Translations under genes and position numbers: made by a program
From: an uncultured Thermoplasmatales archaeon
Lineage (GTDB): Archaea > Thermoplasmatota > E2 > UBA202 > DSCA01
Assembly: GCA_964514975.1 (NCBI GenBank)
Contig: CAZESS010000034.1
Span: 1-10,417 of the forward strand
Reading direction: 5' to 3'
Length of the DNA stretch: 10,417 nt
Notes under the pieces: generated by a model
What the model was told of the DNA's origin: nothing
The model's input: the letters and a program-made list of their open reading frames with translations, nothing else
Databases searched by the model: none
Shown here: one piece after another, positions 7,533 to 10,417 of the stretch
Numbering within the stretch: position 1 is the stretch's first letter
Layout: every line of letters begins with the position of its first letter

Positions 7533-7632
7533 ACGTCGTGTCACAGCAGGCGGCATAGTCAAATGGCGTAAATTGGATTCCACCAATTTTACGGCGTACG
7601 GCGAATTCCATCGTCCTTCCTTGTGAAGATTT

Positions 7633-8268
7633 ATGAACATAAATAAAAAATTAGACAGATTACTCCGACAGCGTCGGAGGGCAATCCAAGACCTTGAAAG
7701 TGCTACCGAGGGGATCTTTGATATGGGGGTTAGGATTTTTGAACCGACACCCGAGGGCGTGCCGAATATCATAGCCGGACAAAACCTTATTCCCAGATAT
7801 GAGGTTACTTTAGAGGATTATGAGTGGCAGGTAGAGTTTGAAGATGGTGAGGTAATGGATCAGTACGAAAAGGGTGAGCAACATCACTTCGGTGATATAA
7901 TGGATAAAGATAAAGAGATAAAACAAGTCCGTTATATCTCTAACTTTGAAACGCACTCTCAAGCGGAAGAAAAAAGAATTATCGTAACTCTTAATTTTGA
8001 TGACGGAACATTTAAGTTCTGGAATGCAGGGGGACCGGATATAAAACACGAATTAAGCAAACCGATAGAAGGAGAAAAGAAGCTAATTCTTTTTAAGAGA
8101 AGAAGGGAAACTGTAGCAGTTCAGGCAAACAGCACCGGCATGAAGATGGCAGATAAAGGACAGAAAACTCTTTATACCCGCTACTATCTTGGATTTGAGA
8201 CCGACGATGAAAAGCGGATAGTCTGCTGCTATCCCAATGGGGAGATTAGAATATCAAGAGAAAATTAA
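7633..8268 (+). CDS. Hypothetical phage protein
   Basis: 211-aa ORF with codon and amino-acid usage like its neighbours, followed by a terminator-like hairpin. No family recognised. Confidence 0.75.
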   Translation: MNINKKLDRLLRQRRRAIQDLESATEGIFDMGVRIFEPTPEGVPNIIAGQNLIPRYEVTLEDYEWQVEFEDGEVMDQYEKGEQHHFGDIMDKDKEIKQVRYISNFETHSQAEEKRIIVTLNFDDGTFKFWNAGGPDIKHELSKPIEGEKKLILFKRRRETVAVQANSTGMKMADKGQKTLYTRYYLGFETDDEKRIVCCYPNGEIRISREN

Positions 8269-8287
8269 AAAAGCTTTACATAATTTG

Positions 8288-8318
8288 ACCAAGCAGGTGA
8301 AACATCTGTTTGGTTTTT
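8288..8318 (+). terminator. Rho-independent terminator
   Basis: ACCAAGCAGGTG-AAA-CATCTGTTTGGT, a 12-bp stem with two G-U pairs, running into TTTTT (8314-8318), 20 nt after the stop at 8268. Confidence 0.7.
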
Positions 8319-8323
8319 AGTTG

Positions 8324-9082
8324 ATGGCACAAATTGATAAAAGAAAACTGACCAACGAACTTAAAGATAAATATTCTGTAGAGAATAACGCTTTAAGGTT
8401 GGATAAAATCAAGAACGCCGAGCTTGACCGCAAGGGAGAACCGAAAGATGAGATAAATGTAATTGTCGGAGACGATAAGCGACAATTGACAAAAGATTTA
8501 ACCCTATATGTCGTTTCTGGCTTTATGAGAACAGGAACTTCAATGATGATGAGAGCATTAGAGGCAGGTGGGTTAGACGCTGAATACCAGCAGTCAAGAG
8601 AAGAGATGCGAGAAAGGTTTGCCGACGACCATTATGATCCCAACATCGGGGGGTTATATGAACTAGAGAAGAAAGATTACAAAAAACCGAACTTCCCAAG
8701 AGATTATGAGGGTAAACTGATTAAGTGTCTAAATCAGGGAGTTTCCAGAATGCGTCCGATGGAAAATGGAATAAGGGTTGTATTTATGAGAAGGGACAGA
8801 GAGGAGATAAGGCAAAGCTATCTTGCTTTCTTTGATAAAAATCTTAGGATAGGGCGTAATTTTCAAGACAGAATGGACATGACAGTTGAGATGATAAAAA
8901 ACAGAAAAGATGTTCTCAGTTGTCACGAATTTTGGTATAGGGATGTAGTAAAAGAGCCAGAGAAGCATTTTCAAGAATTAAAAGATTCTGGTTGGGAAAT
9001 TGATGTTGAAAAAGCAACTAAGGTAGTTGATCCCAAATATTGTCGGTATAAAAAAGAGGAGCTAACCGAAGGAATCATATGA
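8324..9082 (+). CDS. Sulfotransferase family protein with an N-terminal extension
   Basis: ATG 8324 preferred over TTG 8321. YVVSGFMRTGTSMMMRALEAGGL (SG from 8516) matches the SGxxRSGTSMMM sulfotransferase 5'-PSB motif. DHYDPNIGGLYE, RVVFMRRDREEIRQS and YRDVVKEP also fit. Confidence 0.85.
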   Translation: MAQIDKRKLTNELKDKYSVENNALRLDKIKNAELDRKGEPKDEINVIVGDDKRQLTKDLTLYVVSGFMRTGTSMMMRALEAGGLDAEYQQSREEMRERFADDHYDPNIGGLYELEKKDYKKPNFPRDYEGKLIKCLNQGVSRMRPMENGIRVVFMRRDREEIRQSYLAFFDKNLRIGRNFQDRMDMTVEMIKNRKDVLSCHEFWYRDVVKEPEKHFQELKDSGWEIDVEKATKVVDPKYCRYKKEELTEGII

Positions 9083-10417
9083 TGAACGAAAACTTAATAA
9101 AACCCTATAAGCAGTTGATACCGAAGGGGCTTGAGGATAAAGAGATTGTCGAAAAAAGAGGTCTTAGGGTCAAGGTTTTTGATATTGGTAACAATAAGAG
9201 AAGATTGAGGGCTTCAATTTCTCCCGCCCACTATCAGGAAGGAGGTGGGTGGAAAGAGATTGACACAACAATAACTGCTGACCACAAGGTTCAGAAAGCA
9301 CCTTACAATTTAGATATAAAAAGTGGGAAGATAGGGTATGCTTACGAGTCTAAGAAGGGTGGCAGAGTTGATGTTGAGTTGACAAAGATAGGCGACCAAT
9401 CGGTTGATTTAAGTAATGCGACTATTAGGAGAGAAGGCAATGTCCTTTTCTGGGAAGGAGTAACGTCTGATTTAGATTTGAAGCTGGTAGCTTACCCTCA
9501 AAAAGTAGAGATATTTAAGCTCCTTAAAAACGAAAATGCTCCAAAGAAGTTCACTTGGAGAGTTGTGGAGGATAGGGAGGGCAAGTGTCGTTATAATCCT
9601 TCTACTGGTGGGGTTGATAATAGTGGTTCGGGTAGAGATTCGGGAAGGTTGGAGATGAAAAGTGAGATAAAGAATACAAAGGAAGTTTCGGGAAGAAAGG
9701 AGTATGAACACATTGAAGAGTGGACTGGTAGGGTAAGCAGAATAATAGATGAAAAGACAAGGAAAAGAGATTGGTTTGAAGATCCAGTTTATCCCGTTTT
9801 GATTGATGCTTCTACGAGTGAAACTGTCCAAGCAACGATGGATGATGTTTGGGAGTATTACAATACTATGTATGGGAATACAGGTTTCTATTCTGAAGGT
9901 TATCTTTATTTTGGTAATTATAAAGGGTGGTCACATGCTCCCATATATGGAGGAGTGAGATTTCAAAGTATAGGTATAGGGCAGGGGGCTACAATTTTAA
10001 GTGCTACATTAAATCTTTATAATCATGAAGAGTGGGGAGGGGACCCAGCAAAAGTTAATTTTTATGCTGATGATGTAGATAATTGTAGTGCATGGAGTAC
10101 CAATGACAGGCCCAAAAATATTACTAAAACAACGGCATCTCAACAATGGACTTTTAATACAGGATGGTATGGTACTAATAACTCTGTTCCCGTAACTTCG
10201 TTAATCCAAGAAGTAATAAGCAGAACTGGATGGGCATCTAACAACGCTTTGCGTTTAATGGGGCAGGGTACAGATACTAATACCTATTATCAATCTGAAA
10301 TTGGTGCATATGACCAGGGAACTACACCCACCCTAGACATAACCTATACTGCTTCGGGGGGGACAGAAACCAAAAACGCAGAGGCACAGGCGAGAATAAA
10401 ACAGGCGGATATTTCTA
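9079..10417 (+). CDS. 3'-truncated large modular virion/adhesin-like protein (not in the ORF track)
   Basis: The ATG overlaps the upstream TGA (ATGATGA), and I read 446 codons without a stop to the window edge. The N-terminal region has EIVEKRGLRVKVF...AHYQEGGGWKEID and ends YPVLIDA (9790-9810). A beta-sandwich follows (GVRFQSIGIGQGATILSATLNLY...VTSLIQEVISRTGWASNNALRL...PTLDITYT) that resembles DNRLRE/CBM96-like domains. Confidence 0.8.
   Translation, partial: MMNENLIKPYKQLIPKGLEDKEIVEKRGLRVKVFDIGNNKRRLRASISPAHYQEGGGWKEIDTTITADHKVQKAPYNLDIKSGKIGYAYESKKGGRVDVELTKIGDQSVDLSNATIRREGNVLFWEGVTSDLDLKLVAYPQKVEIFKLLKNENAPKKFTWRVVEDREGKCRYNPSTGGVDNSGSGRDSGRLEMKSEIKNTKEVSGRKEYEHIEEWTGRVSRIIDEKTRKRDWFEDPVYPVLIDASTSETVQATMDDVWEYYNTMYGNTGFYSEGYLYFGNYKGWSHAPIYGGVRFQSIGIGQGATILSATLNLYNHEEWGGDPAKVNFYADDVDNCSAWSTNDRPKNITKTTASQQWTFNTGWYGTNNSVPVTSLIQEVISRTGWASNNALRLMGQGTDTNTYYQSEIGAYDQGTTPTLDITYTASGGTETKNAEAQARIKQADIS

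Noticed and set aside
7629-7644. Inverted repeat ATTTATG-AA-CATAAAT over the start codon as an operator
   Set aside because: It is a single, nearly all-A/T copy with no second instance noticed in the window, so chance cannot be excluded.
128-9831. All minus-strand ORFs and the nested plus-strand ORFs 2502-2795 and 3194-3382
   Set aside because: They are shadows of longer, motif-bearing plus-strand genes or of the intron (7413-7772), and several have the Ser/Phe/Leu-rich composition expected from the antisense of Glu/Lys-rich genes.
1-10417. Stop-codon reassignment, diversity-generating retroelement, tRNA, homing endonuclease or integrase
   Set aside because: Genes are intact under code 11 with TAA/TGA stops. 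I saw no reverse transcriptase, TR/VR repeat pair, cloverleaf, or HNH/GIY-YIG/LAGLIDADG or recombinase motifs.

Overview
All real genes are on the + strand, and the window is the head-morphogenesis region of a tailed phage or prophage. In order: the 3' end of a probable portal protein running in frame into a Mu gpF/SPP1 gp7-like minor head domain, a Mu gpI-like prohead protease/scaffold, a capsid cement/decoration protein, the major capsid protein and two small head-associated genes. A glycan-type modification cassette is interleaved with structural genes: a GT4 glycosyltransferase fused to a class I SAM methyltransferase, plus two sulfotransferase-fold proteins. A large modular virion-like protein, absent from the ORF track, runs off the right edge. 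The clearest hidden element is a compact, ORF-less 253-nt group I intron (7261-7513) near the end of a putative virion protein gene. Splicing gives a 168-aa protein ending TLQYDES*, whereas the unspliced RNA stays open and gives the 226-aa product in the ORF track. All family assignments come from motif recognition by eye, not from database searches.
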